A DNA stretch of 64,000 bases from Ostreococcus lucimarinus (taxonomy: Eukaryota). Positions 48,507 through 58,390 of this stretch are shown in pieces. The translations under genes were made by a program, and so were the position numbers. The stretch lies in the NCBI GenBank assembly GCA_000092065.1, contig CP000593.1; one strand, written 5' to 3'. Below the pieces are notes generated by a model. It was not told the DNA's origin and did no database searches. It worked only from the letters and a program-made list of their open reading frames with translations. Each line of letters starts with the position of its first letter. Within the stretch, counting starts at the first letter, position 1.

Positions 48507-49054
48507 CCATTCGCTTTTGTCGCGCTCGCGTCGCGTCGCGCGCGCGCGTCGCGCGTCCGAGCGCGCGGACGCGCGCGAGCGCGCGTCGTCGTCGTCGTCC
48601 GCGCGCGTCGGACGCGCGCGCGTCGCGCGCATCGACGCCGGCGCGCGATGTGCGATCGCGCGCGCGACGACCAATGCGGCATCGCGCGACGCGCCGACGC
48701 CGGCGCGTCCGCGCGCGCGCCGCTCGATCGCGCGCGATGTTCCGCGAGTCCGCGCACTGCGCCGCGGCGATCGCGCTCGCGAGCGCGTTCGCGCTGGAGA
48801 TGCATTGCGAATTTCGCGCGATCGGTGGGACGGACGCGGACGCGAAGACGACGACGGCGACGACGGCGACGACGACGACGACGCGGACGCGCGCGGACGA
48901 TGCGGTGGAATCACTCGATCGCGCGGACGCGTCGGACGTCGAGCGCGGGACGCGAGGACGGGGTGAGGATGGATGGACGACGCGGGAGGGCGACGACGAC
49001 GACGACGACGACGACGAGGCGAGGAAGGAACGAAGCGCGAAAAGTCGGACGTTC

Positions 49055-50428
49055 ATGGCGTCGAACGGCGTGCAATGCGCGATGCTGCGGCCGAGGGCGC
49101 TGCGGGAGAGTCGGCGGGCGGTGCAGGCGTGGGCGGAGCTGGGGGTGATTATGTTTTTGTTTTGGTTTTGCGACCGAAGCGGGGCGGTGCGGGAGGCGAA
49201 GAAGTCGTACGATCGGGATTTGTTATTCGCGGTGTTCGCGTTGCTCGGGACGTACGGGTGGAAGACGACGCTGAAGGAGTCGAAGACGCACGCGCCGTTG
49301 CACAGGGAACAGACGGAGGAGATGAAGGGATGGATGCAGGTATTGTTCTTGTTGTATCACTACTTTGACGCGGGGGAAATGTACAACTTGATTCGAGTCT
49401 TCATCGCGGCGTACGTGTGGATGACTGGCTTCGGTAACTTTTCCTTTTATTACGTCAAGAAGGATTTCTCCGCGGTCAGGTTCGCGCAGATGATGTGGCG
49501 GTTGAACTTTTTCGTCTTTGTGACGTGCGCGGTGATGAAGAACGACTACATGCTGTATTACATTTGCCCGATGCACACGCTGTTCACGTTGCTCGTGTAC
49601 GGCGCGCTCGCGATCGCTCGAGAGAAGAATTCTGAGCCAAAATGGATCTATGGAAAGTTCATTGCATGTTTCGCCATCGTAGCGGCGGTTTGGGAAATTC
49701 CTGGGGCGTTTAAGAGGATTTTCACGCCGTTTACGTTTTTGTTTAGATACGTCAATCCGGCGAAACCAGACGTGCATCCGTTGCACGAGTGGCAGTTCCG
49801 GTCTGGATTGGATCGTTACGTGTGGATTTACGGCATGGCGTGCGCGTACTTTCACCCGAAATATGAGTTGACGATGAAATGGATCGACGAGCGTTCGACG
49901 ACGCGAGAGCGGATGATGTATCAGGGTGGCGTCGTCGCCCTCGCGAGCGGCGCGCTGTACTGGTGGTGGGTGACGTTTTTCACATTGGACAAGGTTGAGT
50001 ACAACAAGTACCATCCTTACACGAGTTGGATCCCAATAACTGCGTTCTTTGTCTTGCGAAACTCTACGAAGAAGCTCCGCGAGAATCATATCGAATTATT
50101 TTGCATATGTGGCAAGGTGACGCTCGAGACATACATCGCGCAGTTTCACATTTGGTTGTCGACGTCGCAGATGCCGAACGCTCAGCCGAAAATGTTGATG
50201 TCTCTCGTCCCGGGCTATCCTCTACTCAATCTTATGGTGTGCTCGTACATTTATATTGGAATTTCGCACCGTATCTTTGACGTCACGAATGTTCTAAAAT
50301 CGGCGTGCATTCCGAGTAAGGCGGATAATGCGACTCTCGCAAACAACGCGATTTTTGGCGGCATCGTCGTCGCAACGGCGCTCGGTCTCGGCACATTCAC
50401 GTCCCTGATATTCACTGGAAAAACATAG
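49055..50428 (+). CDS. CAS1-domain multi-pass O-acetyltransferase (Cas1p/CASD1/RWA-like)
   Basis: ATG at 49055. The Cas1_AcylT signature region is WMQVLFLLYHYFDAGEMYNLIRVFIAAYVWMTGFGNFSFYY, within about 10 TM helices. Confidence 0.75.
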   Translation: MASNGVQCAMLRPRALRESRRAVQAWAELGVIMFLFWFCDRSGAVREAKKSYDRDLLFAVFALLGTYGWKTTLKESKTHAPLHREQTEEMKGWMQVLFLLYHYFDAGEMYNLIRVFIAAYVWMTGFGNFSFYYVKKDFSAVRFAQMMWRLNFFVFVTCAVMKNDYMLYYICPMHTLFTLLVYGALAIAREKNSEPKWIYGKFIACFAIVAAVWEIPGAFKRIFTPFTFLFRYVNPAKPDVHPLHEWQFRSGLDRYVWIYGMACAYFHPKYELTMKWIDERSTTRERMMYQGGVVALASGALYWWWVTFFTLDKVEYNKYHPYTSWIPITAFFVLRNSTKKLRENHIELFCICGKVTLETYIAQFHIWLSTSQMPNAQPKMLMSLVPGYPLLNLMVCSYIYIGISHRIFDVTNVLKSACIPSKADNATLANNAIFGGIVVATALGLGTFTSLIFTGKT

Positions 50429-50538
50429 CTAGCGCTAGACGACGCTTGAATTAATTATTCTGAATTCGTACGTGTACTGGTATTATAACTCGACCGAATC
50501 GAAATTGTCGTCGCGAAAGTCGACGTCGGGGAGCGGCG

Positions 50539-50925
50539 TCAGGACTCAGAGACACCTCTGAGTATTTTATAGGTCTCTAATCGCCTCTGAAATATCGTCG
50601 CTGAATCACTATTCTTCGTGCCGACGAATGCACCAGCGACGACAAAGACACACGTGATAGCCACCAGACCGACGATCGCGCAAACAGCCATTATGGCTTC
50701 AAACTTTTGGCAAGCTTCGTCGTTGTCGTCGTCGTCGTCGACGAACGCTCCGACGTCGTCGACGAAATCCGTTTGCGCCGAGCACGACGTGAGTGGTGGA
50801 GCAGAAGGTCGCGTCGTGTCATCCGACGTTTCATTCATCGTTAAGGCGCCATCGGACGTCATCGTGGCGAATTGTGGGGAGTCTCTCGGCTCGTCACGGC
50901 GACATCGGAGTGTGCGATGGGACAC
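50539..50925 (-). CDS. Small hypothetical single-pass membrane protein (acidic region + one TM)
   Basis: The ORF sits between the 3' ends of two convergent genes. It has a poly-Asp stretch (FVDDDDDNDEAC) and one hydrophobic helix (IMAVCAIVGLVAITCVFVVAGAFVG). It could equally be 3' UTR of the neighbouring channel gene. Confidence 0.2.
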   Translation of the reverse strand: MSHRTLRCRRDEPRDSPQFATMTSDGALTMNETSDDTTRPSAPPLTSCSAQTDFVDDVGAFVDDDDDNDEACQKFEAIMAVCAIVGLVAITCVFVVAGAFVGTKNSDSATIFQRRLETYKILRGVSES

Positions 50926-53557
50926 CGGACCTCGTCGAGCGGAGTTGCTTCCTTTCTCGGATCACTTTCGCGCAACCAGGGTTCCCACTGATGTTAGCGA
51001 CATCCTCGGCTGATCTTCCGTCTTTATCCAACAAGTTATCTTCAATCCCAGCGTCGAATAAAATCCTCAAGATGGTCGGCATTCCCAGCCTCGCCGCGAC
51101 GTGGAGCGCCGTGCTCCCTTGATAGTCTTGGCTTGACAAATTCACCCCGGCGACGATCAAAAGTTTTATTCTCTGCACTTGATCCTGTGAGATTGCGGAG
51201 TGAAGCACGGTTTGGTCGTCAGGGGAGTGATAGAGACCGCCTGCGGTGACAAGAATCTTCACCAATGGAAGACTTCCTACCGAGACGGCGCGCGATAGCG
51301 GCGAATACCCAGCCTTGCTCATGGCATTGGGATCTGCGCCCCACTTGAGGAGTAGCTTCACGACGTTATTCTGCTTGTTTTCGACAGCTACCATGAGGAG
51401 TGTGCGTCCAGCACTATCTGTGAGATGCGCATTCCGTGGCTCATCCGCAAGCGCCATGTCGAGCGCCGTCGTATCGCCCGTCACCGCCGCGACGTTGAGC
51501 TCGTGCAATTCACTTTCATACAGATCAGTAGACTTTTGGTCGAGCGCTTGCACAAAGTTGGTGTAAAGTTCGAAACCATCTTCCGCGCGGGGTCCCATCG
51601 CACTCAGCTCAAGCAAATACTTCTCTTTCAACGTACGCAAAATTTGTTTGACATCTCGAGGAAAACGTGCGAGGACGTTGTCGAGCTTGCTCGAGGAGAC
51701 GACTAAAACTTTGCACGTAGACGTCACGATGCTAGTGTGGAAGCAAGTTCGACGACAAAGCACGGCTGCGATGTTTAACCATTCACCGGGCAAGATCGTG
51801 TTAATCTTGTTACTCAGCGTTGGTTCGCGCACGTATTTTTCAGATACGATGTCCACCTTGCCGAGGCACACGTAATACATCGCCGTCGCGTCCAAGCCCT
51901 TGGACGTGAGCAGCGTTCCGGGATGATAGTACTCCACTGTTATACACTCCAAAAAGTATTGAATAAATACCGCCGACGCATTGGAGAATATCCCGCATCG
52001 ATTAATGTAGTGTTGATAGATTGCGTGTCTCAGCTCGGATTGAATCGTCGGCGGACAAAAATTCAGCACCGCTTCGTCGTCTCGACAACGCATATCGTAC
52101 TCGAGCTGCATATGTGCGTTGATCTTCTCTCTAACGGCTCTTGGAATATCGTTCCGTCGCATGAAACGTTGAAGGGACGCGATGTGATCGCGAAAGTCCA
52201 TGATTGTCGAATCGTCCTTGGTGACGATTTGCGTGACGTTACCTAAAATATACGCCGTGACGCCCATGTTCAAAATCATGATAATCATGGAAAACGCTCG
52301 CTCGAGGTTACTCACGGGAGATATGTCGCCGTACCCCACGGTGGTGAGCGTTACGGTCGCCCAGTACAGTGAAGTGGTGTATTTGTCGCTAAACGTACGG
52401 CTAGGAAGATCCGGATCGTACGCGTACACCCAAGTGTTTTCATCAAACTTTTGCCAACGAGCGAGGTAGTACAAAAAGCATGCACTCCAATGACTCGCCA
52501 ACGCGATCAACAGTGCAAATTTGAGCGCTACGAACCCCAAGTACGGCAGATTAGGGTTGCCTTCGAGCTCGCTCATCATGCGTCGGATGCGATACAATCG
52601 AAGCAGGCGAAGCATGCCCAACGCAGCCAGTACTCTCGCCGCCACCGTGCCTGGAGTGGTGGCACCGGCAAACATGAGATCAATCGGTAGCGACGCGAGC
52701 AAGTCAATGACGAACCATCCTCCAAGATATTTCATCGCAATCGCGTGCTTGTCCCAAATCAATTTGCCATACTTCTCAATTGGACGATAAAAGTTGATTG
52801 CGATGTCGGCTATGAAGATGATGTCGAAACAAATCTCCATGACTTCGTTCCAAGCTAGGCGTGCCGAGCGATGCTCGCCCTTGAATGCTAAAACCGCCGG
52901 TTCCGTGAAAGCGACGATTAGAATAAATATGTTCACCGTCCGCGTCCACGCGCGCGCGTACGCACTCGCGGGATGACACAGTAGACTCCTAAAACCGTAC
53001 GTGTCATTTTCATCCAATCGCTTGCTCCCGAACGTGTCTACCCGGCGGACTTTTTCCGTCATCCGCTTGACGTAAGTCGCAGACGGAACTAACATACGGG
53101 AGATCATACTCGGCTTTTTGCGCTCGTTCGTCTGCTCGTTCGTCTGCTCGTCGTCTTCCGCTTTCGCCGACACTGCCTTCTTCGACCACGGTAGTTTAAG
53201 CCTTTTCTTCGAATCTTTCTCCGAGTCACTCTCCAAGAACCACGAATTCCTCCTTTGCAAACCTCTGTCTTCGTCCTCGTCGTCCCACGTGCCCAACTCC
53301 GCCGCCGTCGAAGACGTCGGCTTTCTTTCCGTGCGCTCACCGAACGACGATAACGACCCCGAAGAAGTCTCCGCGGTCCCGCCCGGCGCGTCCGCGCTCT
53401 CGCCCTCCGCCCGCGCGCGCGTCGTCGTTCTCTCGTCGTCGTCTCCCTCGTCCTCGTCCCGACTCGACAGCGCGGGATTCTTCGCGCGTTCCTCCACCCC
53501 GCGTCGATCGTCCTCGCTCGGCCCTCGCCGCCGCGACGCGCTCGCCTCGTCGCGCAT
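50894..53557 (-). CDS. Plant/AKT-type (Shaker-like) K+ channel: 6TM + cyclic-nucleotide-binding domain + C-terminal ankyrin repeats
   Basis: S4 is LGMLRLLRLYRIRRM and the pore is TVTLTTVGYGDISPV. C-linker plus CNBD reads ..FIQYFLECITVEYYHPGTLLTSKGLDATAMYYVCLGKVDIV.. There are at least 4 ankyrin repeats at the C-terminus (..LLKWGADPNAMSKAGYSPLSRAVSVGSLPLVKILVTAGG.., ..GSTALHVAARLGMPTILRILFDAG..). First in-frame ATG is the complement of 53555-53557. The ORF-track start at 53914 is GTG. Confidence 0.85.
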   Translation of the reverse strand: MRDEASASRRRGPSEDDRRGVEERAKNPALSSRDEDEGDDDERTTTRARAEGESADAPGGTAETSSGSLSSFGERTERKPTSSTAAELGTWDDEDEDRGLQRRNSWFLESDSEKDSKKRLKLPWSKKAVSAKAEDDEQTNEQTNERKKPSMISRMLVPSATYVKRMTEKVRRVDTFGSKRLDENDTYGFRSLLCHPASAYARAWTRTVNIFILIVAFTEPAVLAFKGEHRSARLAWNEVMEICFDIIFIADIAINFYRPIEKYGKLIWDKHAIAMKYLGGWFVIDLLASLPIDLMFAGATTPGTVAARVLAALGMLRLLRLYRIRRMMSELEGNPNLPYLGFVALKFALLIALASHWSACFLYYLARWQKFDENTWVYAYDPDLPSRTFSDKYTTSLYWATVTLTTVGYGDISPVSNLERAFSMIIMILNMGVTAYILGNVTQIVTKDDSTIMDFRDHIASLQRFMRRNDIPRAVREKINAHMQLEYDMRCRDDEAVLNFCPPTIQSELRHAIYQHYINRCGIFSNASAVFIQYFLECITVEYYHPGTLLTSKGLDATAMYYVCLGKVDIVSEKYVREPTLSNKINTILPGEWLNIAAVLCRRTCFHTSIVTSTCKVLVVSSSKLDNVLARFPRDVKQILRTLKEKYLLELSAMGPRAEDGFELYTNFVQALDQKSTDLYESELHELNVAAVTGDTTALDMALADEPRNAHLTDSAGRTLLMVAVENKQNNVVKLLLKWGADPNAMSKAGYSPLSRAVSVGSLPLVKILVTAGGLYHSPDDQTVLHSAISQDQVQRIKLLIVAGVNLSSQDYQGSTALHVAARLGMPTILRILFDAGIEDNLLDKDGRSAEDVANISGNPGCAKVIRERKQLRSTRSGVPSHTPMSP

Positions 53558-53825
53558 CTTCGTCGATTCACAATTCACGAATCGCGTTCGGCGCTCGTTC
53601 GTCCGCGCTCGGCGCTCGCCGTCGCGCGACGCGCGCGCGCGCGTCGCGTCGTCGCCGCGCGGTCCGCGATCCCGGGTCTCGTCGTCGTCGTCGTCGTCGC
53701 GCGCGACGGTCGACCTCTCGACGCGCGCGAGAGTGGCGGATGGCGACGCGCGGCGCGGGACGGCACTTCGCGCCGCGCGTCGCGCGCGCGATGAGCGCGC
53801 CGAGCGAGAGCTATAACTGGTGCGT

Positions 53826-53866
53826 CGCGCGGACGGCGCGCGGACGGCGCGCGGACGGCGCGCGAG
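53826..53866. repeat. 13-bp direct repeat x3 (gcgcggacggcgc)
   Basis: Reads cgcgcggacggcgcgcggacggcgcgcggacggcgcgcg in the divergent intergenic region between the AKT-type channel and the LMBR1-like gene. Confidence 0.8.
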
Positions 53867-54048
53867 GTCGTCGCGCGGCGCGGTGGGCGCGAACGCGTTC
53901 GGAATGTGGGACACGCGGCGCGATCGAGATCGAAAAACGCGACGGTGACGACGCGCGCGCGCGCGGATGCGAGATCGCGCGCGCGCGCGCGGTGTGATGC
54001 GCGTCGACGCGCGGACTGACGGCGGGCGAGGCGCGCGCGCGCAGGTTC

Positions 54049-55611
54049 TTGATCGTCGTGGCGATCGTGGTGACGGCGCTGGCGCTCGCGTGCAACGTCT
54101 ACGTGCTCGTGCACTTTCAACACCCGGATGATCGCAATCAGGCGTGGTTTCCGAAGATCGTCGTCGTCACTGGATTGACGCTGTCGGTGTTGTCGATATT
54201 GTTGCTGCCGCTGGACGTGGCGAACAGAGCGGCGTGCGATGAAGCGATTATAGAGAGCGCGTGTCGGTACACGCTGCCGATGGAGGACTTTTGGTACGCG
54301 ACGTATTTGACGATGTTTGCGTACATGTTCGTCTTGGTGCCGTGGACGTTGTTTTATTACGAGCAAGATTCCGAGGCGACGCTCGGAAAGAAGCTGGTGA
54401 GCTCGTCGATTTGGAGCGTGGCGACGCTGTTTGTTTTGTTGATGGCGATGTTGCTGGCGTATTACGTGGGCGGCGAAGCCGAGTTTGAGTTGAAGAGCGT
54501 CAAGTCAGGGATGGCGTTGATTGGCAACTCGGCGTTGAATGGTGCGACGTCATGTATAGCGTTACCTTCATCGCCAACGACGGTGACGAATTTCGCGACT
54601 TACACCGCGACGATGAGCGGGATGGATTGCGACGCCTACGGCCCAAACGTCGGAACGGAAACGTTCACCGTCCGACCGACGTTTATCGTGTACATGATCG
54701 CCGTGGCGTCCATTATATCCTGGTTCATTTTCTTAGTGTACGCTGGCGTCGGCATCGTCGCCCTGCCGGTGGATATGATCAAGGGGTTCATGAACCGTCC
54801 GCAAAAAGTCATCCCGAAGAGCGAGTACATTCGGTGCGCGACGATTTTAGCTCGTGACGCGCAAGCGATACATCAGCAAATTAAGAACGTTCAGAAGGAG
54901 CAGCGCGAAACTGGACGGACGAAAAAGACTAAAAAAGATTTGAAAGAGCTTCAGGTGAAGCTCTCCCAGCTCGAGGATGACGAAGTGGAGCTGATGACTG
55001 TGTTTCCGCAAGGCGAACAACGCGAGGCCACGTGGTTGATGACTGTGTTAGCGTACTACATACAGTGCTTCCTCGGTGGCTTGAGTGTCATCTTGAGCAC
55101 GCTGTGGACGTTACACATCATCATCACAGTGCTCGTCAAGCCCGCGGCGCACCCGTTCCTGAACTCGTTCTTCATATGGTTGGATAGTGGTTGGTCGCTC
55201 CTCGGCACGGCTGCGTTTGCGCTGTTTTGCTTTTATTTGGTGTTTTGCGTCATCAAGGGTAACACACGGTTGGGTCTTCGATTCTTTTTCATGAAGTTGT
55301 ATCCCATGAAATTAGGTCGCACGAGCATGAGTTCGTTGCTGTTCAACACAGGATTGATTATGTTGGGCTCGATTTCAATCGTGCAATTTTGCGCGCAAGT
55401 CTTCAACGTTTACGCGGCTGAAACGGCGGTGACGGATATCTTCGGCGGCAACATCGAAAACCTAAAAGGTTTAGGATATCTTTTCAAGTACAACGTGTTC
55501 ATATACTCGTTCTTCGCGATGATTTGTTTGTCATGCATCATCATTCCATTTGAAACATGGAAAACGCCGAAACCGAAAAAAACTTGGGAAAGAGACTCGG
55601 GTCGCATCTAG
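54049..55611 (+). CDS. LMBR1-domain (LIMR/LMBD-family) multi-pass membrane protein
   Basis: Nine hydrophobic helices. The N-terminal block IVVAIVVTALALACNVYVLVHFQHPDDRNQAWFPKIVVVTGLTLSVLSILLLPLDVAN is typical of LMBR1-like proteins. There is a central cytoplasmic coiled-coil loop (..KNVQKEQRETGRTKKTKKDLKELQVKLSQLEDDE..). The ORF opens with TTG, and no in-frame ATG precedes the first TM, so the initiator is probably in a short upstream exon. Confidence 0.6.
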   Translation: MIVVAIVVTALALACNVYVLVHFQHPDDRNQAWFPKIVVVTGLTLSVLSILLLPLDVANRAACDEAIIESACRYTLPMEDFWYATYLTMFAYMFVLVPWTLFYYEQDSEATLGKKLVSSSIWSVATLFVLLMAMLLAYYVGGEAEFELKSVKSGMALIGNSALNGATSCIALPSSPTTVTNFATYTATMSGMDCDAYGPNVGTETFTVRPTFIVYMIAVASIISWFIFLVYAGVGIVALPVDMIKGFMNRPQKVIPKSEYIRCATILARDAQAIHQQIKNVQKEQRETGRTKKTKKDLKELQVKLSQLEDDEVELMTVFPQGEQREATWLMTVLAYYIQCFLGGLSVILSTLWTLHIIITVLVKPAAHPFLNSFFIWLDSGWSLLGTAAFALFCFYLVFCVIKGNTRLGLRFFFMKLYPMKLGRTSMSSLLFNTGLIMLGSISIVQFCAQVFNVYAAETAVTDIFGGNIENLKGLGYLFKYNVFIYSFFAMICLSCIIIPFETWKTPKPKKTWERDSGRI

Positions 55612-55666
55612 CAGCAAATTTTCGTTGTACACAAAACTCATCACATTTCGCTAATCTATCGATGTA

Positions 55667-56959
55667 TCACGTCAAATCTATCACATCGTCGTTCGCGGCT
55701 GGAGCACTAGCCAACGCGCCTTCCTCTTCGACGCGCGGCTTCTTGACCCTCGGGGATTGAGAAGACGGTTTGAAAAAGTTGACGACTCGACTTGACAAAT
55801 TCATGAGCATCCCCGCAGGGCGCTCAGCCGGTTCGCTCGATCCTGGCGCGTTCGATGCCTGCGGTGCGTTCGACGCCTGCGGCGCTCCTCCCTGCGGCGC
55901 GCTCGACCCCGCACCGGACTGCGGCGGCGGCCTCGTACTCGTGGAATCAAAAATCTTACTCGCATTTCCCGCCTCGAAGCCTTCGCGTAAGTCGCACTCC
56001 TGAAGTTCTTCGAACGACTTGTCTGCGTTCTGCGGTTTCGGTAAGCGCTGCACGAATTCCACGTACGATCCCGGCAAACCGTAATCTTTGAACGTGTCCT
56101 CATGGTCCTCCTGTCCGTAACGATCTTGCGTGACGATCGTCTTCTTGTACAATTCATACCTGTGCGGCACCGACATGAGCGCACTCTGTGCGAGAAGCCC
56201 CGAAGGTGAGCGTTTAATCCGCCCACCGCTCTCGTTCCACCTGATCCTACTAAACGCCGCGTTGCTCGCGAACGACGTCTCCAGATCCTCCAGCGTCCGC
56301 AACGGCGTCTCCGGATACATCTTACGCAACTGAAACAAACTCAGCGCCACGTGATTCACCGCATATCCGTGCAACAGCGTCCAACTCGCGTATTCGCTCA
56401 ACCGTTCCACCTTGGCGTACACGCTCGCCGGCGGCAATTGCCATCGCGCGTTTCGCCCCTTCGCCCACTCCATGCTCCGCAACACCTTCCCCTCCCCCAC
56501 GCGCTCGAAGTGTTGCGTCAGATATCCCTTCAACTCCTCGTCGCACGCATCGACGACCAACTCCGAGACGAATATCCTCGGCAGCGGCGTCTCTCCTCGC
56601 GGCGTCTTCGGCGGTTTCATCCATCGCGCGCGCACGCGCTTCTCCGTAAACTCCAATCGTCCGCCCTCGCTCGCGCTCACCGTCTCCCATCCGAGCCGTT
56701 CGAACACCTCGCACACGCCCTCGACGCCGTAATCCTCGTGCGCGAACGAGCGATACGCGATGTGATCCAGCGGCGCGAGACGCGCGAGTCCGTCGTCCGC
56801 GAGATCTTCCATCGTCGCCCCCGACGCGCGCATCGCGTGCGTCAACGCGCGCTTCGCGACTTCATTGTGCGCCAGGTACCGCGAGACGACGCTCGCGATC
56901 GACGCCTCGGCGATTCGGTGCGTTTTACGCGTCGCCGCGTCGTCGGCGTCGGCGCGCAT
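55667..56959 (-). CDS. Conserved hypothetical protein (possibly DUF1338/VOC-like fold), function unknown
   Basis: ATG is the complement of 56957-56959. It is a 430-aa non-repetitive globular sequence (..LDHIAYRSFAHEDYGVEGVCEVFERLGWE.., ..LLHGYAVNHVALSLFQL..). The family assignment is tentative and from memory. Confidence 0.35.
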   Translation of the reverse strand: MRADADDAATRKTHRIAEASIASVVSRYLAHNEVAKRALTHAMRASGATMEDLADDGLARLAPLDHIAYRSFAHEDYGVEGVCEVFERLGWETVSASEGGRLEFTEKRVRARWMKPPKTPRGETPLPRIFVSELVVDACDEELKGYLTQHFERVGEGKVLRSMEWAKGRNARWQLPPASVYAKVERLSEYASWTLLHGYAVNHVALSLFQLRKMYPETPLRTLEDLETSFASNAAFSRIRWNESGGRIKRSPSGLLAQSALMSVPHRYELYKKTIVTQDRYGQEDHEDTFKDYGLPGSYVEFVQRLPKPQNADKSFEELQECDLREGFEAGNASKIFDSTSTRPPPQSGAGSSAPQGGAPQASNAPQASNAPGSSEPAERPAGMLMNLSSRVVNFFKPSSQSPRVKKPRVEEEGALASAPAANDDVIDLT

Positions 56960-57037
56960 GCGTCGCGATGTGATGCGGGCACCGCGCGCGCGTCACATCG
57001 CGACGCGTCGGCGCGCGCGCCGTCTCGCGTCGCGCGC

Positions 57038-58240
57038 ATGCGCGCGCTGTTCGTCTGCGCGCTCGCGCTCGCGTGCGTCGACGCGGCGGGCGCGATCGGC
57101 GGCGCGCGCGACGCGTCGGCTGTGTCGTCGGCGTCGCGACGCGCGTTGGATTTGACGAAACATAAATCGCCGATCGCGCTCGTGCACGGCGCGGTGACGA
57201 TCGAGGGCGCGTCGAACGTCTCGGACGACGACGCCGCGTGCTGCGTCGTCGTGACGTGCGAGGCGGGCGGGGAGACGCACGCGAGTCGGTTGTGCGGGGA
57301 GGGGGGCGGAAACGCGGCACCGATCGGCGACGCGCGCGAGGGACGAACGAATCGGTCGATCGAACGAGGGGGGGCGGCGAAGGCGGCGACGGTGGCGCGG
57401 CATTTTGGGTTTGGAATCGGACGTTCCATCGTGGGACGGCGCGTGGTGGTGCGGGCGACGATGGGGGGGGGGTGCGAGGCGAGGTCGCGGCGAACGGGGG
57501 CGATCGAGACGGCGGCGATCGAGGACGCGGCGACGGCGATCGAGGATGCGCATTTCGTCGATTTTCCAGTCGTTTTCGCGAGCGTCGACGGCGGAGGACG
57601 ACGAATGGCGATTGGGGGGGATGGTGAGCTCGTTTTGGCGCTCGCGAGCGTGGTGGCGCTGGCGTTGGTGAACGCGGCGTTGAAGGCGGTTCGCGGCGCG
57701 CGATTCGCGGGCGAAGTCGCGAACGACGACGCGCCGGCGAGTGCGGAGAGCGTTCCGTGGCAAGAGCTCGTGGGCGAAATGAACGCCTTGAAAGTGAAAC
57801 AAATCGTGCGCGAACAGCGGGAGCGTGCCGCGCATCTTGCGCCGACGGCGGAGTGGACGGTGACGGCCAAATCGCCGGCGCTGGATTACTTTGCGCCGCG
57901 AACGAACACGCGCGATTTGGTGTTTGACTTCTTGACTTCGCACCCGTTTTCCATCGCACCCAAACACGTCGATCGTGAGTGGGATTCCGACGCAGACAGT
58001 TGCGACGGCAACGACGCCGTACCGTGGCTCTCCACACATGGCCTCGAGACGTCGGACGTCGATTCGGCGATGGAGTACGACTTGTTCGGCACTGCTTTTC
58101 ATCCGGGTGCGGATTTCTCGATGACCATTCGAGGTCACGGTCCACCACCCGTCGCTCGAAAAGTAATGTCTGACATTGCGTCGTGCAGGCACTTCACTGA
58201 TATGGATTTAAAATTCTTCGAGGATAAACACGAAGAATGA
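57038..58240 (+). CDS. Hypothetical secreted protein (cleavable signal peptide)
   Basis: ATG at 57038 gives MRALFVCALALACVDAAGA, a classic signal peptide. The remainder is Gly/Ala-rich with a distinctive C-terminal region (..WTVTAKSPALDYFAPRTNTRDLVFDFLTSHPFS..). The ORF-track start at 56351 is antisense to the previous gene. Confidence 0.35.
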   Translation: MRALFVCALALACVDAAGAIGGARDASAVSSASRRALDLTKHKSPIALVHGAVTIEGASNVSDDDAACCVVVTCEAGGETHASRLCGEGGGNAAPIGDAREGRTNRSIERGGAAKAATVARHFGFGIGRSIVGRRVVVRATMGGGCEARSRRTGAIETAAIEDAATAIEDAHFVDFPVVFASVDGGGRRMAIGGDGELVLALASVVALALVNAALKAVRGARFAGEVANDDAPASAESVPWQELVGEMNALKVKQIVREQRERAAHLAPTAEWTVTAKSPALDYFAPRTNTRDLVFDFLTSHPFSIAPKHVDREWDSDADSCDGNDAVPWLSTHGLETSDVDSAMEYDLFGTAFHPGADFSMTIRGHGPPPVARKVMSDIASCRHFTDMDLKFFEDKHEE

Positions 58241-58390
58241 GCGAGTCGAGCGCGAGCGACGGCGTGGCGCCGAAACGCGCGGCGACGTCCTGACGCCTGT
58301 TTTCTTTCGCCGAAGACAAAGTATGTGTATGATATGTATTACAACACGCGAGCACTAGTTATGTTTCAATGAGTAATCATCCATCGCGAC

